Source: Chrysomallon squamiferum (lineage: Eukaryota > Animalia > Mollusca). From it: a DNA stretch of 64,000 nucleotides. The stretch lies in NCBI GenBank assembly GCA_012295275.1, contig CM022678.1, positions 4,774,001 to 4,838,000 on the forward strand. The letters run 5' to 3'. The position numbers and the translations under genes are program-made. This document shows, piece by piece, positions 1-20,953 of this stretch. The notes under the pieces were generated by a model. It did not search any database and had not been told where the DNA came from. It worked only from the letters and a program-made list of their open reading frames with translations. Within the stretch, counting starts at the first letter, position 1; each line of letters begins with the position of its first letter.

Positions 1-509
1 ATTTATTTTTTTAAACCAAAACTGAACGCTGATTAACTTAACAAAAAATTTAACAATGACCTTTAAAGGATTTTTTTGTCGCGTATTTTGTTCTAAAAGG
101 TTTTAGCGATGGTCAAAAGCATATTTTAATTATTTATTCTCAACGGCATGTATGGGAAGGTTATTGGCAAATCATACTTACTACTAACTTTTTTCTTTCT
201 TTTTTACGTATTATCTTCTTGTTTTGTATTTTCCCTGTTCCATAAATAGAGAGCAAACACTCTTGAGATTATGTAAACATAAAAAATGTATTAGTTTAAT
301 AAGATTATCTGTAATTAGTACGTAGAAAACAAATGCATCCATCATTAATCATTTGCAGAAAATTATATTAATCTTTTATTTTTTCAATCTGTCTATCTAC
401 CTCGTTCCCCACCTCCCTATCAATGTACCTTTCTGTCTATTTCCTTTTCTTTTCTTTTCTTTTAGTCATTTTATGTATTTCGTATTTGTGAATATATTTC
501 TATTTCTAG

Positions 510-692
510 ATTTTTCAGCGAAGAACTGACGGATTGGAAGATTTCTACAGAACTTGGAATGACTATAAAGACGGCTTCGGAAATTTAAACAATGCGTTCT
601 GGCTTGGTATGTTTAAACTATGTTACTTATTTGATACACTGAAAAGACATAATGGAGAGACAAATATTTGTTGTCTCACAAAAATCTTCGTC

Positions 693-725
<33 letters not shown>

Positions 726-1252
726 TTATTATTATTATTCTTATTATTAGGCAACACCAATATTCACAGACTGACTACTCAAGGAGTTTATGAACTGAGG
801 ATAGATTTAGAAGATTTAGACGGGAACGTGACCTACGCCTCCTACAAGAATTTCTCGATAGCAGGAGAAGACAAGAATTTCCAGTTGTCTATAGACGGCT
901 ACAGCGGAACAGCTGGTAATTAGAATTACACTTACATTACATTTCCGTTTTACTTTGATAATATTTGATGTTGGCTTTCTTTTAGTTTGCTTTCGAAATC
1001 GAAGATGTTAAAGTTTTCGATAGATATGCAGTTTTATTAGTCATGTACGCATTAAACAAATATATTCCTGTTTTAACCATGTTATATATAGATAGGCTGA
1101 TACGTGCTTTAGGGCAGCAAATAAGATGTGTGTTTGTGTGTGTGTGTTTCTAAAGAGAGAGGGAGAAAGAGAGAGTTATATATCACTGTCTCTCTCTTTG
1201 AATATGTAGATGTATGTACATACACACACGCATACATACATACATTCATATA

Positions 1253-1288
<36 letters not shown>

Positions 1289-1590
1289 TGTATGTATGTA
1301 TGTATTAACACTGCATTTTAGGTGATAGTCTCGAAATACATAGCGGTTGTAACTTCAGTGCAAAAGACAAAGACGTGGCTGGGGAATCTATCAACTGTGC
1401 TGAAAAATTTAAAGGTGGCTGGTGGTACAGATATTGGACATATTGCAATTTAAATGGTGTGTATGATACATATAAGGTTGATGAAACGTTGGTTTGGTGG
1501 CATCCATGCAAATTTTCCACTCCACTTTCTAGAAGACATTTAAAGAAAAGAACTGTCATGAAAATAAGACCATCTAAGATTGTGCTGTAG
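510..1590 (+). CDS. Fibrinogen-related domain (FReD/FBG; ficolin/tachylectin/angiopoietin-like) protein, 3' part. Exons 510-606, 751-915, 1322-1590; 5' exons not identified, probably upstream of the window
   Basis: Spliced translation IFQRRTDGLEDFYRTWNDYKDGFGNLNNAFWLG|NTNIHRLT..YELRIDLED..YASYKNFSI..GYSGTAG|DSLEIHSG..GGWWY..NLNG..MKIRP carries the FBG-domain motifs. AG/GT sites at 508-509, 607-608, 749-750, 916-917, 1320-1321 are phase-consistent; TAG at 1588-1590. Confidence 0.93.
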
Positions 1591-1733
1591 TTTGAAGATA
1601 ACAGATCGGATACAAAAAATCATCAATCTGGAATCTTGCCTAAATTTGGCAGTCGCGTTTTGTTTTTTTGTTTTTTTATGTATGTTGTTAATATCCACGT
1701 TGGACTGTTAATGTTGATATATTGTAATATGAC

Positions 1734-1739
1734 AATAAA
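1734..1739 (+). other. Candidate polyadenylation signal of the FReD gene
   Basis: AATAAA ~145 nt after the stop codon; weak evidence in AT-rich DNA. Confidence 0.45.
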
Positions 1740-2088
1740 TAAATATAAATATAAGATACTATTAGAATGTGTCATGTATTAGAAGTAAGAAAGATGTTAT
1801 TCAATATGAAAAGGACGACTTTTGCATCGTTGTAATATTTTATTTATATCAACACACCAAAAAATGTGACTGAAATGAAACATGATCTGTCTCATTTGAT
1901 TACAAATATTTCTCAAATAGCACGCAGGACTTCTCGTAATTTAGCTACAAATGTATTTTAAATATAATATTTATACATAATACTGAAATGTTTTGGGTTT
2001 TATTTGTTCATTTTTTGTTTTGTTTGGTTCTCAAGTGTATATATATTTTTTTTATTTATTGATTACAATTCTGTTATTTTAAATATTA

Positions 2089-2144
<56 letters not shown>

Positions 2145-2543
2145 TGTCCACATCTTTTGTTCCAATTGTATCAGTAATAATTCTAACTGTTTTAATAGTG
2201 TTACTGGAACTTTCAAAAACGAGGAGCACATTTGTGGTGATCACCGGCTAATAAATCAGAGTGTCGTAACATTATCATACGAAAGAAAAATGTAGCTCAT
2301 CGGACAAAGTTTTGACATTTTATGAGTCATTTTTGTATCTTAACAACAAGTCCATTTAAAAAAAAAAATAAAGAAAATAAAAACTGTAGCAAAATATTCA
2401 GACCAACCTCTCCCAGCGAAGCCCAGAATTAAGCTGCAAGATTACCAAGTCAGTAATAAAACTAACTCGTAGTCCACTGAACATTGCACAATGTGTGTAA
2501 AGAACTCTACAATGCGTGGTGTAAAAAAAAAAAAAAAACGTCA

Positions 2544-5792
<3,249 letters not shown>

Positions 5793-5859
5793 TTTTCTTG
5801 TGTACACGCGCAGTTTTCGTGGACTTCACTCTCCGGCGGAGGATCGAAAAATGGGAATG

Positions 5860-5925
5860 AAAATGGCGGTGACGTTACCTATGTCGTCATAGCAACAGGC
5901 GGTGACATTAAACTGTGACGTGATT
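5860..5925. promoter_or_regulatory. Putative proximal promoter of the WAP gene: YY1-like AAAATGGCGG (5860-5869), RFX X-box-like GTCGTCATAGCAAC (5883-5896), several TGACG/TGACA CRE-like cores
   Basis: Motif matches within ~130 bp upstream of the ATG in a CpG-containing patch; GGCGGTGAC occurs twice. Confidence 0.4.
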
Positions 5926-6094
5926 TATGCTTAATAAACGTTTGAAAGAACGACGCTATGACTGTAAGTTAAGTTTTGTTGTACTGTATGTTTGTAAGGG
6001 ACATTTCGTTAATATTAATATGCAATTTAATTAATTGTGATTATGATTATGTGATGGCAGTGATAGTTACCTGGTGATAGTATGCCGAAACTGT

Positions 6095-6154
<60 letters not shown>

Positions 6155-6264
6155 GAAATTTCACTGCATTGTCGGCAATTTGACAACTATATGTTCGTAT
6201 TTCATTAATTTGTATTCCTAAATATATAGAGGGAGACAGGTAGACCATATACACACATAAACTA

Positions 6265-6318
<54 letters not shown>

Positions 6319-6342
6319 TACTACTACTACTACTACTACTAC

Positions 6343-6396
<54 letters not shown>

Positions 6397-7094
6397 CATT
6401 ATTGTTATTGTAACTTTAATTAACTTCACTCGCTGGTAACACCATGTCGAAATACAGCAATGATAATTTACATCCATACAACAACCCGTAGAATTTAATT
6501 TTATTGCTTTTATCGCTTTTCAGGCTTTACCCCGAAATAATCATTAGATGCGTTGTTTGGCAGGCACCCCGCAGGGGGAAATAACTCCAAGCAATTCATT
6601 TATTTAGGCCGAGGGATTAAGATGTACAAGTCGTATTTGATCGACTCGTTTCGCCGTTTTTCAGGGTTATTGTTACTGGTGACAGAAATGACAATAATTC
6701 GTACACCCGTGTTGTTGTAATCGTCTCCTTTTCAGACGAATTAAAGTACTTACGGCGATGCTGTTCTGAAAAGTTAATGTGTAAGCAGTTTCGATAATTT
6801 ATTACATTGGCCACACACACACACATTTACAGGCAGGCAGACACGCACGCACACAAACATAAGACCAGGCGCCACATTTTTCATGATGATAAATAAATAC
6901 AACCGATTTTTCACAATTTTATTGCACAGAAACAAACATATAAAAAAATGTAACAGATAACATTTTTATATATCAAATAGTTAATTTGGTAAGAAAGTAA
7001 TATTAAAAATAAATCATAAAATAAATATATAAATAATACATATATATATATAATATATATATATATATATAATAAAAAGAAAAAGAAAAGAGTA

Positions 7095-7148
<54 letters not shown>

Positions 7149-7564
7149 CAAATAAATAAATAAATACGAAAAAACCAAACACCAAAATCAACACTAAATA
7201 CTACATCTTGGTATGACATTATTATTTATATTTTATTGCAACCATCTACCTCCCTCTTGACTCTTTCCCTGAGTTGTTTGTATCCTTTATTTTTTTCCAC
7301 TCATTTCGTCCTCGCTCTTTCTGAAATACTAACACACATACACACGTACGTTCATACAGACACCAATACCTACGTACACAAACACTGACACCCAAACACA
7401 CAGGTATAAACAGACGCGCACATGCCGACACACAATCACTCACATACCTACACACTCAGACACACATACACGTACACACAGACACACTGACACACTGACA
7501 CACACACACACACAATTTATCTTGAAGACTTTAACAGTTTAACTAGAATTAATTTACTGCAGAC

Positions 7565-11446
<3,882 letters not shown>

Positions 11447-11664
11447 AACAAACTTTAAGGTGAAATACACGTACAAGAAAATGCTGTACTGGTAGCCATG
11501 CTACTTTGTTTCGTTACTCAATCAGTTAGGCTTTATCCGTTCAGATTAGGCCAAGACATAGAAAATAAGTGTTTTATGCTGCTGTCATTGAGAAATCCAA
11601 TGTTTCCGTCGTTTCTGTTTTATTATTATTACATTATGTTATTATTATTATTATTATTTATTAT

Positions 11665-11717
<53 letters not shown>

Positions 11718-11845
11718 TTTAATTTTTTCACCATTTTCTTCCATATGTATTTGTATATACGTACATATGTATGTATGTATGTATGTATATACGTATGAAT
11801 AAATATATGCGGATATTTTTATGGTATGTTTGTGTACGTGCTCGG

Positions 11846-11921
<76 letters not shown>

Positions 11922-13221
11922 TAAATAATAACCTGAAACAAATCGTTTTACATTAATTGAGGCCTCCTGACTGACACGTAACACGTATTACAACCTGCTC
12001 TGCGATGACCGCATTGTGCTTGTGTAGTATATACAGTTAAACCCGAGCTTTCAAAAGACTCAAGCAACCATGACATGTAATCTTAAATTTAGGGCTAACG
12101 ATTTCATTGTATTTCTTCAGTGATTATCTCGCACTTAAATTTTAACTGAACCAGTTGTTCGGTTTATTTTTTTTTTTTTTGTTTGTTTGTTTGGCGTCTA
12201 GCAAACTGGTCATGATGACCCGAAAAGCTTTTGCTGAGTATTTAGCTGAGTTGATATTTCAACTCTGTATCTAAATCAGTCTGGTTCCCTAGCCGGTCTC
12301 TTTGTCTGTACGTATGTGTGTGTGTCTGTAACTCATCTTCGTCGTTTTCTACTGTAGATATCTGAAGGAGGAACACATATTTAAATGAGATAATTGTTTT
12401 TTTTATCGTGACTGTTGTCAATAATAAATCGGCTAGTTTCAAGTTCAGAACTGAAACATTAGAACATATTGTTCGGTTGATAATAGAAGGCTGCAGTTTA
12501 AAGCCGACAAATATGAATTGCCCAAATAACTACACGATCACACAGAGAAAAGGTGTACAAGATAATTAAGTTAACGCTGATAAACACATCTGAACGTGTC
12601 AGTGTTACTAGGAAACTTCTCACATGTAGTTTAAAGGTTATTAACTTTCAAAGGTAATTTTTTGGGGGGGGATTTGGAATTTTTAAAAGCGCACAGAAAT
12701 ATTAATACAACAATTCAAAATAAGATCAAAGCACACTCTCTGTGGCAGGTCGGGTTAACAATAAACATTTTCGTTTTGTCGTAAATGTTTGTCAGCAGAA
12801 TTCCAAGTTGGGTTGAAAGAAAATCACATTTGGTGCTTATTTGAGAGTATTTATCTTCCATATGATGCACTGCCCCAACCTACCCCATTTAGTCAGTGTG
12901 GGAAGGTGTCTTTAACCATTAATAATTCAAACAAAATAGCAAATCAGGATATTTCAAGCATTCGTAATTCTTTCTAAATAATGAAATTTTCTTTTAAGCT
13001 ATATGAGGGTTTGTTTTCCGATCTGCGTTTGAATTAGTGGTTGAAACGGCAAAAACCTATCCCAACCTCCTCTCTCCTCACCTAAATGTGTACTTTCGTT
13101 TACATGTTTTTTTTTATCTGTGTATATGCATGAATGCGTGTGTGTAATCAAATTTCTATTTGTGGATACATATGTTTGTGTGCATAAAATCTGGTATAAA
13201 ATGTTTCTTAATTATTACTCT

Positions 13222-13985
<764 letters not shown>

Positions 13986-14269
13986 TCCCGCCCTCCGATA
14001 TGATATGTCATAATTCTTATAACGAAATATTCGAGACATTTTATGTCAAAAATTACATCGTATATTACAAGTAGGCACAAATTATTTAAACAAAATGAAC
14101 AAAGTAATTTCAATGTATACAAATTAGAGATTTTATATACGAACAACAAACCGAAATATAAAATATTTAGACAGATGTAAGTGAGACTGAACGTCCTGTT
14201 ATGATTCAATTACAACTAATTTACAATATGCGATTCTGACTCGGAACATTCATTGTCGTTTAAAGACAT

Positions 14270-14660
14270 ATTAAGAAAACAGTTCAGCTCTCTCACAACA
14301 TATGCAGAATATCGAACGTCTCTCTTAGCATATACCTGGAATGAATAATGCCTCATTCAATATATATTCAGAATATCCGATGACTCACGCAAACCGTGTT
14401 TCAAATATGCAGTTGTACAGACGGTATATGATATAGAATAACTCGCTCAGTAAATATTTAGAAAGTATAAAACTTCTTTCTAATATAATTACAATATACA
14501 ATGAATCTCTTAATACATATTTAGAATAAACACTGCGTCTCCTAATATATTTTTACAATATGCTACGCCTCGCTCTGTACATATATAGAAAAATAAATTG
14601 CAACACTTAAAATATATATTTAAAATCGGCAATACCTCACACAGTAAAAGTTCAAAATAT
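14270..14660. repeat. Degenerate ~31-32-bp tandem array downstream of the TLR stop (approx. ACATATTTAGAATATACAATACCTCTCTTAAT); related arrays at ~22850-23320, 29100-29260, 30310-30790
   Basis: Recurring atattt/cagaata..aat.cctc..ttaa motif at ~32-bp spacing; period estimated by eye. Confidence 0.65.
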
Positions 14661-14737
14661 TGAGTATATCAATGATTAAATAAATGTTTCGTACACATTT
14701 TGTTATCTGTTCAAGCGACCAGTTCACCTTTACGTCA

Positions 14738-17582
14738 CTACACGAGAAGACGATTTAGGACTTCCCAAGACATTTCATCACTTTCGTCAGGGATTGGCAG
14801 AATGGAATCTTCGTCAGCCACACAAAGAAGATTGTCTGGCACCTGGAAAGGATTGTGCTTGTCTCGCAGGAGGATGAGTCGTTTTGGTATCAACTCGGCA
14901 ATGGAGTAGAGGGCTGCAGCGTGAGTCGTGTACACGAACCATTCGTCTTCCAGAAAGTTCTCCGATATAACCAGAACCATTTTCCAGCTGTTACGAATTG
15001 CTGTCAGAATGGAATTCGCCCTGTCCTCTCCGGGAATTCCGTCTCGGTCGTGAAGGTAGATTCGATAGTGAAATCGATCTTCCAAAATTACTCTCAGTTT
15101 TGTGCAGGCAAATTCGTAATCTTGTTCTGCGTATCCTACAAAGACGTCGTACTGGAAATCTTCTCGTTTTGGAACTCTGACACCTTTGGTGAAAAGTTTA
15201 ATGAAGAATACAACAATCTGAGTCTTGTGCTTGAGAACCAGAACAAAACAAAGAAACGAAGCCAAGCAAAATGAAAACAGCAGTGTCGATATGAAGAAAG
15301 CATTTTTCCCCGTGCATTTTTGCCATAACTCGTCTTCGTCAATGTCGTCAAAAAGAACACGACTGTCACTCCCAAAATAACAGTGGTATGAAAAGTTATG
15401 AAATTTCATGTCAAGGTATGTTGCCCTTTTCATCCAAAGAACGAAGTCCATTGTTTCACAAGTACAAGAAAAGGGATTGCCTAGTAACAATAAAGTGAAA
15501 TTCGTTTTATTATTGGCATGATTATCCAGTGACTGCATTGATTGTTCACTGAGAGAGGTTATGGAGTTGTGAGACAAATCCAGTATTTCCAGATGTGGAG
15601 TGTAATCTAAGTTGAATGGTATTTCACTAAAAAAGTTTTTGGACAGAGAGATACGTCTCAAATTTTGTTCGAGCGAAAAACGTCTTCTTGAAAATCGTGA
15701 ATGTTGTTCTCAGCAAGCTCCAGCGTTTCCAGCTGAACCAGTTTCTCAAAGAGTCGAGCGGAATGATGAAGGAAATAATTTCTAGGAAGACCCACACCGT
15801 TTAAATTGAGATTCCTTAAAGCATGAAAATTATCGAAAAATGCTTCGTCGAGTATCAGATGTCTGATGTAGGCAAGTTTCAAAGTGTTAAGTTTGTTCAA
15901 TCCGTATACGGTCCCTTCTAACTGAACCGTTTCGGCGTAACTTATTGAAACATTTTCCACGATGTTATCCGATGTTACATTCACGATGCTGCCTTTCGAT
16001 AACTTGAGTATGTACTCAGTGTTATCCATAAAGAAAGTCTTCAATTTCGGTGGCAAAGGTATGAGATAGGTTTGCTTATAGTGATGGTAATTAGATAGTT
16101 CCCGGTCACCAGCCCGAGAAGGCGAACTTTGGGTAGATATGTAAATGTATTCTAAACTTAAGTGAGCAAGATGGGGTACAAGAGATCCGATATTGTACAA
16201 TCCATGGATTGCATTCCCACTGAAGTAAAGTTTAAGAAGACAGCTGGCAACTCTGTGTTTCAACATACTTATATAGTCAATATAAAGAATGCGATTGTTT
16301 GCTAAATTCAGTTCGGATACGCAGATACTTGCTGCATACCAAAGTGTATCCTTCCACACTATTTCATCCATAACGGTAACATTTGCCAACTGTTGGTAAG
16401 GCTTAAATGCTACACTTTCCAAGTCTACAGAGGTAAGGTTCCTTTCGCGAAGACCATAGAAGCTGAGAAATGCTTTGTGCAATCCTAGACGATTGTCGTT
16501 GTTCAGTTTTATTATTTTCAGAGACACCAGTGGTGCATAAGCATTCACTTCTATGTTGTGAAGACGTGTACAGAACGATAAGTCGAGGGTATGGATGATG
16601 GAAGAAGAGAAAACTGCGAAAGTATCGTTGAAGATTTGTAAAACCTGGCAGTTTGCATCACGTCCTGAGAAAAACAGATGTCGAAGATTCATCAGATGTT
16701 TATAGTCCTCGCTAAATGTCAGATTATCTCCAGAATCTACTGTTAGATTCTCAAGAGCTTTAACACTTTTTAGAACGGAACCAATGAATTTCAAATCAGC
16801 TTTACCGTGAACATTTTTTCCTATATTGAGATACCTAAGATGTGTCAGATTAGAGAAAACGTCCACTGGAAATGATATGTTGTTGTACTGGAGTGTGTTG
16901 TTTTGTAAGTATAAGATCTCTAACTTTTCACAGCCTCCAAAAGCATTGGGTGGAAGATATTTTAGACCATTGGTGTTGAGATTCAAATACACGAGATTGG
17001 TGTAACCGATGAAGTCACCTTGTTTTATAGTTATTTTGTTTTTGCTGACATCTAAAGCCGTAATTTTTTCTTTCAGCTTCAAGTTATTATTAAAACGAGG
17101 AATTCTGGTTAGATTTTTTCCGCTACAGTCAGCGAACAGTCCTCCGTACTTGACAGAATGTACAATACTACAGTTTCCTTGATGTTTCTCGTTTGCAAGT
17201 GAACCGGAAAATCTCACAATGAAAAGAAGTGCCCAGAAGATCAAAGGATGAATCTAAAGGAGAATGAAAAATAAATTAGTGTGAGACTGGATATGTTGGA
17301 ATTAATATATGTATGTATGTATGTAGGTATGTAGGTATATATGGATATATTAATATTTATTTCGCAGGATGTTTATATGTACTGCTGGGAGAAACCATAT
17401 TCGGAATTAAATGGAATTCATTTTAAATTTTACAGTTCCTCTATGCAAGTTGGAGAATGTCTATGATGCAACTACGTGACGATTTTTTACGAACAAACAC
17501 AGGCTTGAATGGAAACACCTGGCGATTTAAAATATAGAAATCTGGACATTTGAAACACAGTGTGAAAAGGACTTACTCTCAT
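14738..17582 (-). pseudogene. Toll-like receptor copy 1 (LRR-LRRCT-TM-TIR) with a 1-nt deletion at ~15664; either a pseudogene, a truncated soluble form or an assembly error. Main exon 17253-14738, start exon coding part 17582-17577
   Basis: ORFs 15658-17244 and 14738-15661 together align to the 835-aa paralogues. Main exon is 2516 nt versus 2517 nt in copies 2 and 3. AAC AAG AAT TTG has become AAC AAA ATT TGA. Confidence 0.88.
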
Positions 17583-18290
17583 TTCGACGAATTCCCAACA
17601 ACAGATATTATCCAGTAGTCTTACTGATATGCATTACAATGAACTGTTTTAAATTACGTGCTAACCGATTATTACAGTTTTTAAAGACGAAGGTTTTTCT
17701 CTATCAGATATTTAGTACTTAGACGAAAAAAACGATATTTGACAAGTTATTACAAAATGGAGAATGTGTGCACCAAACGTTCATACATTTTAAAAAGGAA
17801 AATCTTAGTTGAATGAAAGATGGCAAAAGGCTAATATGCTTTTCTGGTCTGGATTTTCTAAAGAAAAAGAGGATAATACAGAAAGCAAGACAGTTTTTTC
17901 AATTTTAATTATTTTCTGAATTCATTAACTGAAATTACCGCTGCTTCAAAAGCTCGCTAGTGGTGTCCCGTTCATTGACTACGCCAGCAACAAGGTAATG
18001 TTTACACAACAGTGATACAATACCTTGTGCGGGCAAACTTTTTATGTAAACTACTTCCCTGTCTGAAATTCTTTTATTTTTTTTATTTAAATTAAAACAA
18101 AAAGGATCGGGTTGTTAATTTGTTTTAAAGTGAGAAAAAAAACAAAGGAAAAAAGAAAAAAAAAAACACGCGATAATATCACATTAATGTACACAGTTAG
18201 TTTAAGTATAATAACAAATGAACAAGCAATGAAGTAAACGAACTAAGGCGCCATTAGCTGCAAGTAATAGTGATGGACAAAACTACTTAC

Positions 18291-18299
18291 CCAGGCCAT
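18291..18299 (-). other. TLR first-exon module 1a, coding end ATG GCC TGG | GTAAGT
   Basis: Homologous to five other modules; ATG at -9 from the donor. Confidence 0.65.
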
Positions 18300-19466
18300 A
18301 GTAGAATGTAATTCCTTTCCGAGTTTAAATAACCAGCTATTATTATTGTTATTATTATTGTAGTTGTTCTTCTTGTGTTATTTGTTCTTTTGTTGTTGTT
18401 TTATTTTGTAGTTGTAGCTGTTTTTCTTTTACTTCTTTAATTATTGACGTATCTACACAGACACTGAATCACGGACGTTATTAAACTAAAATGGGTCATT
18501 CTAAATATAGAACTACCGTGGACAGTCTATATAAAACCGACTACAGTGAAATACTGTAATGCAGACACTATTCTTAAGACTGAACATTAAAGAAGAAACA
18601 TATCTTTACATGAGATAATTTTTTTTTGTCATGGTTGTGTGACAGTAATAAATCGGCTACTTCCCAGTTCAGAACTTTAACGTAAGGGTGCGATGCTGGA
18701 TTAATCACACAGATGAAAGCTGTAGAAAATGAATGTGTTTATGCTGGCATACTTACCTGTGTATGTCAGGGTAACGAGGCAGTTATATCAAGATCACTCA
18801 ATGGAACAAGGCCCTAAACTGTTGAAATGAATTTAAAGGTTTTCTTGTGACAAAAAATAATTATGATAACAGACGATATGGCCTGCCCAAGTTTGGAAGT
18901 CGTGCGTGCGTGCGTGTGTTGCGTGCGCCGTCCTCCTAATTTTTGTCCGATTTATGTCCACTATCTGTACTAACACAGTATCATAACCGACTTTTTTTTT
19001 CTGTCCATTTTAAAACAGCTTGTATTTGTATCAAAAATTCAGTGTTAGTATCGTTACTGAAATGTTTAAAAATAGCAAACTATTATTTTGAGATCATCAA
19101 AAAAAAAAAAGAGACTATTTACAAAATAATTTATTTCCCTTTTCTAGAGTCTATAAATACTTTATCTTACAGTTTTTACCAGACAATTTATCCGGCAAGC
19201 TTTGAACAGGAAGTAATCCCGGATTTCCGGGATTTCCGATTTCGAGAAAGCACTTTTTAATACAAATCAAAATATAAAATATGTAAAGAAGAATAGGAAA
19301 TTGTATTAAGCAGCTGAAATATAATTAGTATACTTCTAAAGCCAGTTTTCTGGTAATTCTGGTTTTCCGAAATCAGCATAGATAGTCTGGCATCAGTAAA
19401 ATTTATATAATCAGTTCGACAATAAACTTTTCATTTTCACTTTTTAATTTTTTTTATTTATTTATT

Positions 19467-19531
<65 letters not shown>

Positions 19532-20055
19532 TTCTATAATCTCGGAATCTTTTGCAGCACAGGAAAGATTAAAAACGATAATTAACACGCTTATGTCTAA
19601 CTATATTATCTAAATATGATCGTAGGTTCGTGTAATTATTGCAATGCAGATACGATATTGTGACTCAGTCTAAGGCAGGCAAGAGAGGTTGACTGGTTTT
19701 AAGTTTTACACATGCAAAAACACAAGTACCAGCTGCTTGTTGTTTTGCCCAGATTGTCCTGACTGTTTTGAACGACTTTTAGAAGTCAGTTTGTCGTGTT
19801 GTAACCTTAGATCATACATCTACGTCAAAGAGCGAAGAGTGAGAGAAAAATTGACATGTTAGTCAGAAAAGGGTGTTGATCACCCTCTCAGACGTACGCA
19901 AGAGTTGGGTGGGTCTGTCACAGGAAGCAAAAATAAACGAGCTCGTCAGAGCAAACTGTTCTGAAAAAACAATGGATCAACCTCTCTGACCTTTGTTTAA
20001 GAAACAGTAAATCGTAATTTAACCAGTAAATGGTTTTATAAAAAAAAAAAAAAAA

Positions 20056-20086
<31 letters not shown>

Positions 20087-20310
20087 ATAGTAATAATAAT
20101 AATAAAAATTAAAATTAAAAAATTAAGAAAAAAATTTTAAATCATAATTTATGGAAATTAAAAAACAAAAAAGCAAACAAAAAAAAGAAGAAAAAGACAA
20201 TAAAGAAACTGCAGACGTTATGAACTGTAATTCTGATCTCTCCTTTCAGTTAACAAACGATACGCACTGCACATAGCAAATAATACACACAGACAGGCAA
20301 AAGTACTTAC

Positions 20311-20319
20311 CCAGGTCAT
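20311..20319 (-). other. TLR first-exon module 1b, coding end ATG ACC TGG | GTAAGT
   Basis: Diverged homologue (tacttacccagg.cat..agaat..atcctttc, ttctaaatatagaacta); ATG at -9. Confidence 0.55.
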
Positions 20320-20912
20320 GACAGAATTAATCCTTTCGCAGCCTTTCTTAAACAATCGTAATATGTACTGGTAAAGAGAGCGAGAGACAGAGAGATCGCA
20401 AGCAGACGCACAATAATTATCTTCTTATTGTTGTTATGATAACAGTACAAAGTGATCTACAGGACGGAAAATTAGACGAGAACGGGACATTCTAAATATA
20501 GAACTATAACAGACCGTCGTCGTGTGACGCTTGATTGCTAGTAGCAGGTCGTTTGTATTTAGTTACATGTGTGTCTGTGTTCATGTAAATGTAAAAAAAA
20601 AAAAATAGAAAAATAAAAAAATAAATAAATGTCCTTGAGGAACTTACAGCACCATTCCCAAACTTACTAGCACGGATCTTAGTGTACTCGTAGTTTCTTA
20701 AAAGTCGTTTCCATCAACGGAATCGAAAGAAATGAATCTGAGCAATCCAAAGTGTGATGATATGAAGTTCGCTCAGCTGTGGTTTTACTGTATACAGAAA
20801 ACAACAACAACAAAACAAATTGGTGTTATGGTGGAAGATGAGTTCAGTTGTGAGGATACAGGACATGATAATAACAAGAGACAGGATCGCTGTTTGATGG
20901 AAATCTCTTTTG

Positions 20913-20953
<41 letters not shown>

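Noticed and set aside
17242-17244. ORF-track starts of the TLRs (MIFW/MIFL)
   Set aside because: These are TTG codons 9 nt inside an AG-bounded exon; real ATGs lie in upstream exons.
18751-18760. Additional GTAAGT donor within block U
   Set aside because: Not present in the other three U copies.
19180-20795. Possible MITE termini (ccggatttccgg region; cagctgtggttttactgTA)
   Set aside because: No matching partner TIR or target-site duplication found by eye.
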